Source of the DNA: Escherichia coli
GTDB taxonomy: Bacteria > Pseudomonadota > Gammaproteobacteria > Enterobacterales > Enterobacteriaceae
Reading direction: 5' to 3' (one strand)
Length of the DNA stretch: 64,000 nt
Assembly: GCF_965641715.1 (NCBI RefSeq)
Contig: NZ_OZ282453.1
The notes beneath the pieces are model-generated. The model had not been told where the DNA came from and made no database searches. It saw only the letters and a list, made by a program, of their open reading frames with translations. Position numbers and translations under genes: made by a program. Shown one piece after another: positions 19,041-29,558 of this stretch (its first letter is position 1; the number at the start of each line of letters is the position of its first letter).

Positions 19041-20995
19041 TTATCCTCCTTCGGACAATGCGACACGAACATCGAACCACTTCCGGCTGCGGCTTTCAGG
19101 ATCACCGGGCGCATCGGCAGGATCACATCCCCCGGACTGCCCCCGCCGTTAAGATTGATTTTCGCGCCCTTAATATCCACGCCGCCGGAATGGATCACCA
19201 CAAATGAACCGCCCACCCGCAGACTGATTTTGCTGTCGCTCTGTAAAACAATATCGCCCTGTACGCTGATACCCAGCGCGCCGCTTATTTTCTGTGCCAG
19301 ATCGCCTTTCACCTCCAGTCCCTGATTGCCCTCTGTCAGGCTGACGTGGTCTTTGGTGGTTTTATGGTCCTGTTTACCTTCAACCGTCACTTTCCGGTCA
19401 TTTGCCACCACCAGGGATTCATCATGCCCGATGCTGACCGTCCGGTCATAGTTGACCCGCTTATCCTTGCTGTTCAGCACAACGACCTGCATATTTTTCT
19501 GTGCGTGCAGATAAATTTCTTCCTTGTCCGTGGCGTCCTCAAACCGCAGTTCGTTAAATCCGCTTCCTTTATAGGTCTTTGACCGTATCGTCATCTGCGT
19601 CTTCGTCCCCGGCAGACTCCCCGGCGAACGGTTGTCCTCATGGTATGTCCGGCCCATGATTATCGGCTGGTCCGGGTCTCCGTTCAGGAAGTCAACAATC
19701 ACCTCCTGACCCACCCGCGGTATCGCCAGGTTACCGAACCCCGGCCCCGCCCACGCCTGCGATACCCGCACCCAGCATGAACTCGCCTCCGTCATCCCGT
19801 GATAACGGTCCCAGTGGAACTTCACCCGTACCCGGCCATGTTCGTCGCAGAATATCTCCTCACCCTTCGGCCCGGTCACAATGGCACTCTGCGGCCCGTC
19901 CACCTTCGGTTTGCTTTGCAGCCGTGGACGCCACGTCCGGTCTGCCGGTATCACCTCTAACTGATTTCCCAGCGTGGTTCCCCTCCCCTGGCTGCCGTGC
20001 AGCGCCTGCGGCTGGCTTCCTGACAGTATGCTCTGTACCACCTGCCATTCACGGTTCAGCATCTTCTGCGGATGCCCCGTCAGCGTAAACCGCGTTCCCG
20101 GCCACAGCCTCGGCGAATTACTCTGCCCTGTGGCCTTTTCCGCATCACTGCGCAGGCTCTCCATCTGGTACAGCGTGAAATCCTTGCCGTGCTGCTCATC
20201 CTTGAACCTTCCCGGATAATCAAATATCTCATACTGCGCCAGCTGTCCGTTCAGGTTCTCACCCTGCTGCTCATACATCCCCGGCCAGTCCGGCACCTTA
20301 AACGTGTAATCCTGGCTCTGCACCGACGACGGGCGGACATACGCCTCATAACGGAACATACTGACACACTCTGTCTCCGCTCCTGCCGATGTGTCCGGGT
20401 TAAACGGAAGCTCTCCCGCCTGTGACAGCCCCGCCACATCGTCGCACAGCGTCAGCTTCTGCTCCGGACTGTCCGCCGCAAACCGCTCAAAGAAGAAAAT
20501 TCCCTCCTCCGCCCACAGCCGCGCCAGAAACGCCAGGTCCGACTCCCCGTACTGCACACAGAACTCCCGCGCCGGATGGTCCTCATAAAACAGCGGCGTC
20601 CACTCCGTGACGCCGTTCTCGTTCAGTAACGTGGCCGATATCGTCCGGATATCCTGCTGCTGGAAGATACGGAAGTTCTGCCGCAGCCCGCACCGCCATA
20701 ACGGCGGCTCAATACGCAGGTGATAACGCATCTGCCAGCCATTGTTCTCCTGCATACCAAAACCCGCCACCACGCCGGTGACATAACGCTGCGCCACCGC
20801 GCCCTGCCAGATGGTCAGCGTCGCCTTCTTCTCCAGCAGCATCTCCGCCGTCTGCATAAAAGAGTCGCTGGCAACATCCACACTCATCACAAACGGATAT
20901 GACTGGTTCTGGATTAACCTGAAATTCACCACTGCAAAGGTGTCCGGCTCCTGGCCGTCAATCTCCAGCGTAAAGCGCAGACCGTTTAAGGACAT
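19037..20995 (-). CDS. vgrG: VgrG spike protein (652 aa, no C-terminal extension)
   Basis: Full-length VgrG architecture; first ~480 aa identical to vgrG2, diverging in the C-terminal third. Confidence 0.9.
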   Translation of the reverse strand: MSLNGLRFTLEIDGQEPDTFAVVNFRLIQNQSYPFVMSVDVASDSFMQTAEMLLEKKATLTIWQGAVAQRYVTGVVAGFGMQENNGWQMRYHLRIEPPLWRCGLRQNFRIFQQQDIRTISATLLNENGVTEWTPLFYEDHPAREFCVQYGESDLAFLARLWAEEGIFFFERFAADSPEQKLTLCDDVAGLSQAGELPFNPDTSAGAETECVSMFRYEAYVRPSSVQSQDYTFKVPDWPGMYEQQGENLNGQLAQYEIFDYPGRFKDEQHGKDFTLYQMESLRSDAEKATGQSNSPRLWPGTRFTLTGHPQKMLNREWQVVQSILSGSQPQALHGSQGRGTTLGNQLEVIPADRTWRPRLQSKPKVDGPQSAIVTGPKGEEIFCDEHGRVRVKFHWDRYHGMTEASSCWVRVSQAWAGPGFGNLAIPRVGQEVIVDFLNGDPDQPIIMGRTYHEDNRSPGSLPGTKTQMTIRSKTYKGSGFNELRFEDATDKEEIYLHAQKNMQVVVLNSKDKRVNYDRTVSIGHDESLVVANDRKVTVEGKQDHKTTKDHVSLTEGNQGLEVKGDLAQKISGALGISVQGDIVLQSDSKISLRVGGSFVVIHSGGVDIKGAKINLNGGGSPGDVILPMRPVILKAAAGSGSMFVSHCPKEDK

Positions 20996-21215
20996 AATGA
21001 CCTCCCTGATTTATTCACGGACCAAATGATTCTCACCATGCAGCAAAGGGTGCCAGTGCAGCGTTACACTCATCTTTACATTTTCAGGTACGCTACCGCC
21101 CGGGTTTCCGGCATCCGCCATCTCCCTCATGAAAGCGTAACTCCTTACTGACACTCATTTTTTACACGTACAAAAACAACATCCTGCACGAAGGCAGGAT
21201 GTTGTTGACTCAGAT

Positions 21216-21734
21216 TTATGCTTCCAGCGGTGCACGCCAGTCATCGGCACCAGAAGTACCGGATTTGATGTGCTCCCACTCAACCTTACGGTATGCCAGT
21301 GATACTGCGAGCAATTGCGTAAACTCACGCTGTGCAGGGTCCTGGCAGTGCGGCATGTGCAGGTTCATGTCCACAATCGTCGCGTCAGTAAGACGTGTGG
21401 TGAAGTAGTGCTCCTGCTTGCCTTCAACTGAAGTACGCCACCAGTGCAGCTCCACTTTCGGCAGCATTTCACCGGAGGCCAGCGCGTTGTACAGCAGCGG
21501 AACGGCTTTGTTCAGCGCCACGGTGAAAATGAACGGTTTGTGCGCGCGCTGCCCGGAAGGTTGACCAGACTGTGGATCGGTTGGAACAGTAACGTTATGC
21601 AGAAACTCCTGCACCAGCATTTCATCTTCGTGTCCCTGCACGTAGATATTGCCGACAGAATCTGCGGTGAAAGCACCGGCAGTGATGTTCCCCTGGGTCT
21701 GACCTGTAATTGAAATGTAACATGGGGTTGGCAT
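21216..21734 (-). CDS. hcp: Hcp tube protein (172 aa)
   Basis: Hcp family sequence (MPTPCYISITGQTQGNITAGAFT...); first gene of the minus-strand hcp-vgrG cargo operon. Confidence 0.88.
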   Translation of the reverse strand: MPTPCYISITGQTQGNITAGAFTADSVGNIYVQGHEDEMLVQEFLHNVTVPTDPQSGQPSGQRAHKPFIFTVALNKAVPLLYNALASGEMLPKVELHWWRTSVEGKQEHYFTTRLTDATIVDMNLHMPHCQDPAQREFTQLLAVSLAYRKVEWEHIKSGTSGADDWRAPLEA

Positions 21735-22437
21735 TTATGAACTCCTTGTGAAATTATCAACTGCTGTTTTACGAACAACCCGTCGTTAATCCCCGACGGG
21801 TTAGAGTGTGATGCGGCTCACATCAGGAACCACACCCTTTTCTTTATTCGAGTTACAGGCACACGTAATTAGCACCTACTGAAAAACTCTTTTATGGTGT
21901 TTAAATATATTTTTAGTCAATTTCAGAACACGGTCACATAAGCTAAAAATATATCAACTTCAACAGCAGAATTATCCATAACGTATCTTCCCCCCCCATA
22001 AAAATCCACAGCCGCGTCAAAAACAAATTATTACGACACTTACTCCGCCATCGTTCCAGCACGCAATTAAGACATTCCTTAAAGGAATTTCTTATGATGT
22101 ATTGCCAGCAATTAATTAATTGATAAAACCATACATAAAACTTATTAATCAATTTAATAAATGCATATAAATCAATATATTATGGTATTTTATTAACCGT
22201 AAAATCATATTCATCAAGTCTATAAATACCAAAATTTATTTCACTATAATATATTAGCAAGGAAGAATACATCTCTTTCTAAAATATAAATAGTTCTTTT
22301 AATATTTTATTTCATGAGTAGAATACTGATCACAACAGAAGGAAGGTTACATTATCTAACTGCCACTGAAACGGTATCTTCGGTATTTTTATGCAGTACG
22401 AAAATGCTGTGCTCATGGCCTGAACGGGAACATTTTT
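21735..22437. promoter_or_regulatory. AT-rich divergent control region between hcp (-) and tssB (+)
   Basis: ~700 bp non-coding, strongly AT-rich (long A/T tracts 22080..22320), single GATC at 22328..22331; expected to hold the promoters of both T6SS operons. Confidence 0.35.
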
Positions 22438-22941
22438 ATGAGCAAAATGAACAACAATGGCGGCAGTGTCGCGCCGAAAGAAAGAATCAGCGTTCGGTAT
22501 ACACCAAAAGTTGATGGGGTGGCTGCTGATATCGAATTGCCGCTGAATTTATTGATCACCGGCAATCTGAAAGGGAAACCAGATAACACGCCGTTGGACG
22601 AGCGAACTGCCATTGCTATCAACCGCTATAACCTCAACGCAGTCATTTCAGAAGCTGACATTGAACGGGAGTTTGTTGTTCCGGCTGAACTCAGTGACGC
22701 TCCCAATGAGCAAATGTACGTCAACCTGAAAGTCAAATCTATGGATGACCTTTCTCCGGACCATATTGCCAGCCAGGTACCAGAAATAAAACGTCTTCTC
22801 GAATTGCGTGAAGCTCTGGTCGCACTTAAGTCTCCACTAGGCAATATTCCGGCCTTCCGCGCACAACTTCAGGCGCTACTGGAAAACGAAGACAGCCGCG
22901 AGCAGCTGATCCATGAACTGGGTATCGCCGTTCAGAAATAA
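22438..22941 (+). CDS. tssB: T6SS sheath small subunit TssB (VipA)
   Basis: 167 aa, TssB-like sequence; first gene of the core operon. Confidence 0.88.
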   Translation: MSKMNNNGGSVAPKERISVRYTPKVDGVAADIELPLNLLITGNLKGKPDNTPLDERTAIAINRYNLNAVISEADIEREFVVPAELSDAPNEQMYVNLKVKSMDDLSPDHIASQVPEIKRLLELREALVALKSPLGNIPAFRAQLQALLENEDSREQLIHELGIAVQK

Positions 22942-22963
22942 TTTTCACAGAAGGATTTTCAGT

Positions 22964-24448
22964 ATGTCAGTAAAGGAAGATATTGCTCCCGTCAGCGCGT
23001 CGCAAACCGCCGCGCCCCCATCTCTGCTTGATGAAATCATGGCGCAAACCCGCGTCCAGCCTAAATCAGAAAGCTACGATATCACCCGCCAGGGCGTGAG
23101 CGCCTTTATTGCCGCCATGTTACAGGGCGACAGTAGCGCTGAACCTATCAATATCCTGGCCGTTGACGCCATGATTGCTGATATTGATGCCCGAACCAGC
23201 AGGCAGATGGATGCCATTATTCATGCCCCGGAGTTTCAGGAACTGGAATCCCTGCTGCGCTCGCTGAAGCTGCTGGTTGAACGCGCGGATACACGGGAAA
23301 ACATCAAGGTCCATTTCCTGAATGTCACTCAGGAAGAACTGCTGGATGATTTCGAATTTGCACCTGAAATCACGCAGTCTGCATATTACAAGCATGTATA
23401 TTCAAGCGGTTACGGACAATTTGGCGGTGAGCCAGTGGCGGCGGTAATCGGCAACTTTGCCTTTAAGAACACCACGCCGGATATGAAGTTGCTGAAATAT
23501 ATCAGCCAGGTCAGTGCGATGGCGCACAGCCCGTTCCTCTCATCAGTATCATCCGAATTTTTCGGTCTGGACTCATGGACAGAGTTACCGGGGATTAAAG
23601 AACCAGGAGCCATCTTTGAAGGCCCGGCCTATTCCCGCTGGCGTGCCTTGCGTGAATCAGAAGATTCACGCTACCTGGGGCTGACCGCCCCCCGGTTCCT
23701 GCTGCGTCACCCTTACTCGCCGGATGAGAACCCAGCCAGGACCTTCCGTTACCATGAAGACGTCAGCCAGAGTCACGAGTCTTATTTGTGGGGGAACACC
23801 TCGTTTTTACTAGCTGCGAACCTGGCTGAAAGTTTTGCTAAATATCGCTGGTGTCCCAATATCATTGGCCCTTCCAGCGGCGGCGCAGTCAAAGACCTCC
23901 CGGTGCATCTGTATGAATCCATGGGGCAAATGCAGGCAAAAATTCCGACTGAAGTGTTGATCACTGACCGGAGAGAGTATGAGCTGGCGGAAGAAGGCTT
24001 TATCACACTGACCATGCGTAAAGGGTCTGATAATGCGTGCTTTTTCTCGGCCAACTCGGTGCAGAAACCCAAAACATTCCCCAAAACCCCCGAAGGCAAG
24101 GCTGCGGAGACCAACTATAAACTCGGCACCCAGCTACCATACTTATTTGTTATCAGTAGGTTAGCGCATTACATCAAGGTAATTCAGCGCGAACAGCTTG
24201 GCTCATGGAAAGAACGCAGTGACCTGGAGCGCGAGCTGAACACCTGGATTCGCCAGTATGTGGCCGACCAGGAGAATCCGCCTGCCGAAGTCCGCAGCCA
24301 CCGGCCATTACGTCAGGCGAAGATCGAGGTACTTGATGTGGATGGTGAGCCAGGCTGGTACCAGGTCGCGATTTCTGTCAGACCGCATTTTAAATACATG
24401 GGTGCCAGTTTCGACCTGAGCTTGGTCGGACGACTGGATAAGGAATAA
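22964..24448 (+). CDS. tssC: T6SS sheath large subunit TssC (VipB)
   Basis: ORF 22913..24448; start placed at ATG 22964 (MSVKEDIAPVS), just past the tssB stop; ~495 aa TssC-like. Confidence 0.88.
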   Translation: MSVKEDIAPVSASQTAAPPSLLDEIMAQTRVQPKSESYDITRQGVSAFIAAMLQGDSSAEPINILAVDAMIADIDARTSRQMDAIIHAPEFQELESLLRSLKLLVERADTRENIKVHFLNVTQEELLDDFEFAPEITQSAYYKHVYSSGYGQFGGEPVAAVIGNFAFKNTTPDMKLLKYISQVSAMAHSPFLSSVSSEFFGLDSWTELPGIKEPGAIFEGPAYSRWRALRESEDSRYLGLTAPRFLLRHPYSPDENPARTFRYHEDVSQSHESYLWGNTSFLLAANLAESFAKYRWCPNIIGPSSGGAVKDLPVHLYESMGQMQAKIPTEVLITDRREYELAEEGFITLTMRKGSDNACFFSANSVQKPKTFPKTPEGKAAETNYKLGTQLPYLFVISRLAHYIKVIQREQLGSWKERSDLERELNTWIRQYVADQENPPAEVRSHRPLRQAKIEVLDVDGEPGWYQVAISVRPHFKYMGASFDLSLVGRLDKE

Positions 24449-24452
24449 TCAG

Positions 24453-24878
24453 ATGCAAAGACGGGATTCAGGGCCAACCAGCAGTCTTTTTGAACGTATC
24501 CGTGAGGCGGCCAACCCACCTTCATACCAGAATCCAAAAGAAGCACTGATACGTTCCATCAGACGTAACCTGCGACAGGTCCTGAATACCCGCTCCGGCA
24601 GTTGTTATGGCTCACCAGAGCTGGGGATTACTGATTTAAATGATGAATCGCTGGCCTCCAGCGATTTCAGACGAGAAATCCGTAAGTCCATTAGCCAGTG
24701 CATTTTACATTACGAACCTCGTATTACCGATGTTGTTGTTACGGCTGCGGCACCGGATGAATACGCCCCTGTGGAACTACGTTTTCATATTGTGGCTACG
24801 GTCGATGTCAGCGAAACCAGGGGAGTGTTTGAATTTGACATTTTGCTGGACAATCATCAACGCTATTGTGTGGAGTGA
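24453..24878 (+). CDS. tssE: T6SS baseplate protein TssE (gp25-like)
   Basis: 141 aa; size and conserved position after tssC. Confidence 0.8.
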   Translation: MQRRDSGPTSSLFERIREAANPPSYQNPKEALIRSIRRNLRQVLNTRSGSCYGSPELGITDLNDESLASSDFRREIRKSISQCILHYEPRITDVVVTAAAPDEYAPVELRFHIVATVDVSETRGVFEFDILLDNHQRYCVE

Positions 24879-26725
24879 TCTCTGTGGCTTTTGAAGAACG
24901 TTACTACCGCGAAGAGCTGGATTATCTTCGCCAGCTTGGCAAACTGCTGGCGCAGGAAAAACCACATCTGGCCCACTTTCTGGCCGAGAAAGAGGGTGAT
25001 CCGGACGTGGAGCGTCTGATGGAAGCCTTTGCCTTTATGTCCGGTAGCCTGCGTCAGAAACTTGAGGACGAATTCCCCGAATTCACCCATGGGCTAATCC
25101 GTATGCTGTGGGCAAACTATTTACGCCCAGTTCCGGCCATGACGGTTATTGCCTATGAACCCAAAACCGATCAGTTAAAAGTCCCTGTTCAAGTCTGCCG
25201 TAATGAACTGATCAGAAGCCGCTCAGAAAAGTCCGCCCTGGCTGCTCAGAAGGTGCTGTCTGACAATCATGATAAAATCGTTTCTTCCGTAGCCTGTCAT
25301 TTCACGCTGGCGCGCGATATCTGGCTGCAACCACTGCGCATTCTCGACACCCGCAACGCCAGCAGCCTGAAAGAAGGCATCATAGATATCAGTTTTACCG
25401 CAGATAACAATGTCTCCCCCGCCATGCTTGACCTGAACAAAATAACGTTCTGGCTGGGTAATGAAGACGATTATACCCGACACCAGCTTTATCTGTGGTT
25501 TTGCGAATGCCTGATGGATGCGGAACTGATTGCCGGAGAGTACCGCCTGCCGCTGCCGGATCTGTGGCTGGAGGCCGCCGGGTTTGAAAACCAGGACGCC
25601 CTGCTGCCGTGGCCGAAAAATGTCCACAGCGGCTATCGGGTACTCCAGGAATATTTCTGCTATCCCGAAGCCTTCTTCTTTTTTCATCTGCGCGATGTTG
25701 CGCCGCTACCAGACGATTTCCCGGTCAGCGCGTTTACGCTGCGCCTGCACTTTAACCGCCCGTTACCTGCCGACATCAAGCTGCGTCAGGACTCAATGCG
25801 TCTGCACTGTACGCCAGCCATTAACCTGTTTACGCATTATGCGGAACCCGTCAGGCCTGATGGACGGATAGCGGAATACCCGCTGCGCGCCAGCCACCGG
25901 CATCCCGACGCTTATGACATTTTTCAGATAAGCACAGTCACCAGCAAAGTCAAAGTTTCAGGTACTGAATCCAACCCTGGCAGCCAGGCGCGTGTCTGGC
26001 CCGAATTTGAAAGTTTCCAGCACCAGATGGAGTACAGCCGCCAGCGGGAAGTCGTCTACTGGCATCACCGGACTAAAACATCCCTGTTTCACCGCGGGCT
26101 TGAACATAGTATCGCCTTTGTCCATGCGGACGGCAGCATTCCGGACAGCTCACGGTTTAATGATGATGTGATCACCACGTCATTAATCTGTACCAACCGT
26201 ATGATCCCTGCTCGGCTGCATATCGGCGATATCTGCGTGGCCGTCAACAAAAACCCGGCGGTGGCCTCATTTCATAATGTCACACGCCCAACGCAGCCGC
26301 TCTGGCCAGTCACGGACGGCGACATGCACTGGTCGCTGATTTCCGCGATGAACCTGAACTACCTCTCCCTGCTGGACAGGGAGACACTGATCCAGATCCT
26401 GCGGACCTTCGACCTGCCAGGCGCTCACCATCCGCAGCGGGCCAGACTGTCGCGCCAGAAACTGGATGCCATAGAAAAACTCGAAACCAAACCTGTTGAC
26501 AGGTTGTTTAAAGGCGTGCCGGTTCGCGGGCTGGCGACCACGCTGTGGATACGTCCCGATCCATTTATCTGCGAAGGTGAAATTTATCTTCTTGGTACAG
26601 TGCTCTCGCACTTTTTTGCTCTCTACGCCAGCATCAATTCGTACCACTGTCTGAAAATTATCAACACGGAAAGTCAGGAGGCCTGGGAATGGCAGGAGAA
26701 AATGGGTCAGCACGCCCTTATATAG
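24866..26725 (+). CDS. tssF: T6SS baseplate protein TssF
   Basis: 619 aa, N-terminus FEERYYREELDYLRQLG typical of TssF; exact start uncertain (overlaps tssE stop). Confidence 0.82.
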   Translation: MCGVISVAFEERYYREELDYLRQLGKLLAQEKPHLAHFLAEKEGDPDVERLMEAFAFMSGSLRQKLEDEFPEFTHGLIRMLWANYLRPVPAMTVIAYEPKTDQLKVPVQVCRNELIRSRSEKSALAAQKVLSDNHDKIVSSVACHFTLARDIWLQPLRILDTRNASSLKEGIIDISFTADNNVSPAMLDLNKITFWLGNEDDYTRHQLYLWFCECLMDAELIAGEYRLPLPDLWLEAAGFENQDALLPWPKNVHSGYRVLQEYFCYPEAFFFFHLRDVAPLPDDFPVSAFTLRLHFNRPLPADIKLRQDSMRLHCTPAINLFTHYAEPVRPDGRIAEYPLRASHRHPDAYDIFQISTVTSKVKVSGTESNPGSQARVWPEFESFQHQMEYSRQREVVYWHHRTKTSLFHRGLEHSIAFVHADGSIPDSSRFNDDVITTSLICTNRMIPARLHIGDICVAVNKNPAVASFHNVTRPTQPLWPVTDGDMHWSLISAMNLNYLSLLDRETLIQILRTFDLPGAHHPQRARLSRQKLDAIEKLETKPVDRLFKGVPVRGLATTLWIRPDPFICEGEIYLLGTVLSHFFALYASINSYHCLKIINTESQEAWEWQEKMGQHALI

Positions 26726-27738
26726 CGGTAAAACCGCCGTTATCGGCGGATGTGCGCAACTGCAATTTCTATGTGCTGATGGAGGCGCTGTACCGTCGGT
26801 ATGGCGCTCCGGGCCAGGATATTTCCCTGCGTACCGAGCCAGCCCAAGAGATCGTGCGTTTCAGCTCTGACGCCAATATCGGTTTTCCGGGTACGGACCT
26901 GAGTGTGCTTTCCCGTAGCCAGAACGGACAGTATGTACTGCAAACCCGTTTCCTGGGCTTTTCCGGCAGCCAGTCGCCGCTACCGGGCTATTATCTGGAT
27001 CAGATGGCGCAGGAGTCCGCACAGAACGAAGACGGCCTGAAAGAATTTCTCGATCTGTTCAGCCACCGCTGGACGCAGTTTGCCTACCATGCCTGGCGCA
27101 AATACCGCTACTACATCTGCTTTCGTAACGGCGGTAATGACACCTTTTCACAGCGCATGTACGCACTGGTCGGACTGGGTAATCAGAGCGTGCGTGACAG
27201 GCTTGCCATTAACCACAGCAAAATGCTGGCCTACGCCGGAATTCTGGCGACACCTGGCCGCGCGCCGGAGGTTATCTGTAATCTGGTGTCGCACTGTTTC
27301 GATTTGCCGGATGTCACCATTGAACGCTGGCAACTGCGTAAAGTCGCCATTGATCCGGCACACCAGAACCGGCTGGGTGTACGTAATCCGAAAGGAAAAA
27401 CGGCTGGACATATTCCGGGACGCTCCATACTCGGCGTTAATTTTACCCTCGGCGCACGGGTACCGGATCGCAGCGGAAAATTCCTGTTGCAGATTGGCGG
27501 CCTGTCGCGGGAGCGTTATCTCTCATTTTTACCCGATGGCGAAAATCACCTGCCTCTGACCATGTTCCTTTCCTTTATTCTGCGCGACCAGTTTGCCTGG
27601 GATTTACGGCTGTGCCTGGCACCACAGCAGGCTAAAGGGATGCGCCTTGGCGATCCGGCCAGCTCCCGCCTCGGCAGAACCAGCTTTATTGGTCAGCCGA
27701 AAGTACCGCCCGCCATCACCATCCGAATCAGGGAATAA
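26689..27738 (+). CDS. tssG: T6SS baseplate protein TssG
   Basis: 349 aa, follows tssF; start uncertain. Confidence 0.78.
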   Translation: MAGENGSARPYIAVKPPLSADVRNCNFYVLMEALYRRYGAPGQDISLRTEPAQEIVRFSSDANIGFPGTDLSVLSRSQNGQYVLQTRFLGFSGSQSPLPGYYLDQMAQESAQNEDGLKEFLDLFSHRWTQFAYHAWRKYRYYICFRNGGNDTFSQRMYALVGLGNQSVRDRLAINHSKMLAYAGILATPGRAPEVICNLVSHCFDLPDVTIERWQLRKVAIDPAHQNRLGVRNPKGKTAGHIPGRSILGVNFTLGARVPDRSGKFLLQIGGLSRERYLSFLPDGENHLPLTMFLSFILRDQFAWDLRLCLAPQQAKGMRLGDPASSRLGRTSFIGQPKVPPAITIRIRE

Positions 27739-27742
27739 TTCT

Positions 27743-29035
27743 ATGGAACCACTTATGGCTGAGGAAAAACAGCAATCCCGCCAGGCCTCACTGACTTTAC
27801 AGGTGATGAATGGCAACGAACTGGAAAGCGGACGCGCCGCAAAATGCCTGTTCAGCGAAAACGGCGGTGATATTGGTCATACGCCGGAATGTCACTGGCA
27901 GGTACAGGATCGGGCGGGAAGCATTGCTGCGCGTGCCTGTACCGTTATCCGGCACGACGGAGCCTATTGCCTGCGGTGCCTGACGCCGGGACTGATGATT
28001 AATCTGGCCCCGGTTTCTTCCGATGCGCTCATCCGCCTGCGCCAAGGGGATGAGATCCAGCTCGGTGCACTGGCGTTGAAAGCGTTTCTGCATGACGGCG
28101 CGGCTGTCACCTACGACGAGCGGATGGCAACCCCGGAAACGATTGTGATGAACCGCGACAGTCTGGCGGACACCCTGCTGACCACCGAGGGACAACCGTC
28201 CTATCCGGGAATGCCGTTCCAGCATCAGCTTGCCCCCACGGTGGCGCACGGTTTTTCCAGCGATCCGCTCCAGGCACTCCAGACGGAAAGCCTGATGGTG
28301 GCAGATGATCCGATCGCACCACGCGTTTCCCGGCCCGTCGCCCCCGCCTCCGAACTGACAGGTGCAAACGGGATCAATACGCCGTTTATGGATCTGCCGC
28401 CCGGCAATGCCCGTTATGAGGACGACGATGAATTTTCTGCCATGGCGCAGTACCACCTGGCCGTGACCCCGCTGCTGCGCGGTATGGAGTGCCCGCTGAC
28501 GCTGCACGATTCTCAGGATGCGGATGAGTTTCTCGAAGAGGCCGGACGGGCGTTGCAGTCTGCCATTAAGGGATTGCTGAGCCTGCAACAACAACAGAAC
28601 AGCCTGTCGGATAAACATCTGCGTCCACTGGAAGACAACCCGCTTCGCCTTGATATGGACTACGCCACTGCGCTGAACGTCATGTTCGCTGAGGGTAAAA
28701 GTCCGGTACATCTCGCAGCACCCGCGGCCATCGGCGAAAGCCTGCGCAACATCCGGCATCATGAAGAGGCTAACCGGGCGGCGATTGTGGAAGCGTTGCG
28801 TGTCATGCTGGAGGCCTTCTCGCCGGGCAACCTGATGCGCCGCTTTGCGCAATACCGCCGCAGCCATGAACTGCGCCAGAAAATGGACGACGCCTGGGCA
28901 TGGCAGATGTACAGCAACTATTACGATGAGCTGGCCTCCAGCCGACAGCAAGGATTTGAAATGCTGTTCAATGAAGTTTATGCCCAGGTCTATGACCGGG
29001 TGCTGCGAGAAAAACAGCGGGAGCCGGAAGCATGA
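27743..29035 (+). CDS. FHA-domain T6SS protein (TagH/Fha-like)
   Basis: ORF 27593..29035; start placed at ATG 27743 (MEPLMAEEKQ) after the tssG stop; N-terminal region (LTLQVMNGNELESGRAAKCLF...) looks FHA-like; position matches the FHA gene in vas-type clusters. Confidence 0.65.
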   Translation: MEPLMAEEKQQSRQASLTLQVMNGNELESGRAAKCLFSENGGDIGHTPECHWQVQDRAGSIAARACTVIRHDGAYCLRCLTPGLMINLAPVSSDALIRLRQGDEIQLGALALKAFLHDGAAVTYDERMATPETIVMNRDSLADTLLTTEGQPSYPGMPFQHQLAPTVAHGFSSDPLQALQTESLMVADDPIAPRVSRPVAPASELTGANGINTPFMDLPPGNARYEDDDEFSAMAQYHLAVTPLLRGMECPLTLHDSQDADEFLEEAGRALQSAIKGLLSLQQQQNSLSDKHLRPLEDNPLRLDMDYATALNVMFAEGKSPVHLAAPAAIGESLRNIRHHEEANRAAIVEALRVMLEAFSPGNLMRRFAQYRRSHELRQKMDDAWAWQMYSNYYDELASSRQQGFEMLFNEVYAQVYDRVLREKQREPEA

Positions 29036-29556
29036 ACGGCAAAGCGTTTCTGGCCTGCGTTCTGATGAGCGTCGTATTAACTGGCTGTGAAACAGCGAAA
29101 AAAATCAGCCAGGTGATCCGCAATCCGGATATTCAGGTCGGAAAGCTGATGGATCAGTCAACCGAGCTAACCGTCACGCTGCTGACCGAGCCGGACAGCA
29201 ACCTGACGGCGGACGGCGAAGCTGCGCCGGTGGATGTCCAACTGGTTTACCTGAGCGACGACTCCAAATTCCAGGCCGCCGACTACGACCAGGTTGCCAC
29301 CACCGCGCTGCCCGACGTGCTGGGGAAAAACTATATCGATCATCAGGACTTCAACCTGTTGCCGGACACCGTAAAAACACTGCCGCCGATCAAGCTGGAT
29401 GAGAAAACCAGTTATATCGGTGTCATTGCCTATTTTTCAGACGACCAGGCCACAGAATGGAAACAAATTGAGCCGGTAGAAAGTATCGGCCACCACTATC
29501 GCCTGCTGGTGCACATCCGCGCCAGTGCGATTGAGATGAAAAAAGAGGAAAACTGA
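29032..29556 (+). CDS. tssJ: T6SS outer-membrane lipoprotein TssJ (SciN-like)
   Basis: 174 aa with lipobox (VVLTGC); conserved position. Confidence 0.85.
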   Translation: MNGKAFLACVLMSVVLTGCETAKKISQVIRNPDIQVGKLMDQSTELTVTLLTEPDSNLTADGEAAPVDVQLVYLSDDSKFQAADYDQVATTALPDVLGKNYIDHQDFNLLPDTVKTLPPIKLDEKTSYIGVIAYFSDDQATEWKQIEPVESIGHHYRLLVHIRASAIEMKKEEN

Positions 29557-29558
29557 CG

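Noticed and set aside
22314-22514. 66 aa ORF in the T6SS control region
   Set aside because: Overlaps the tssB start in another frame; no RBS or motif; most likely non-coding regulatory DNA.
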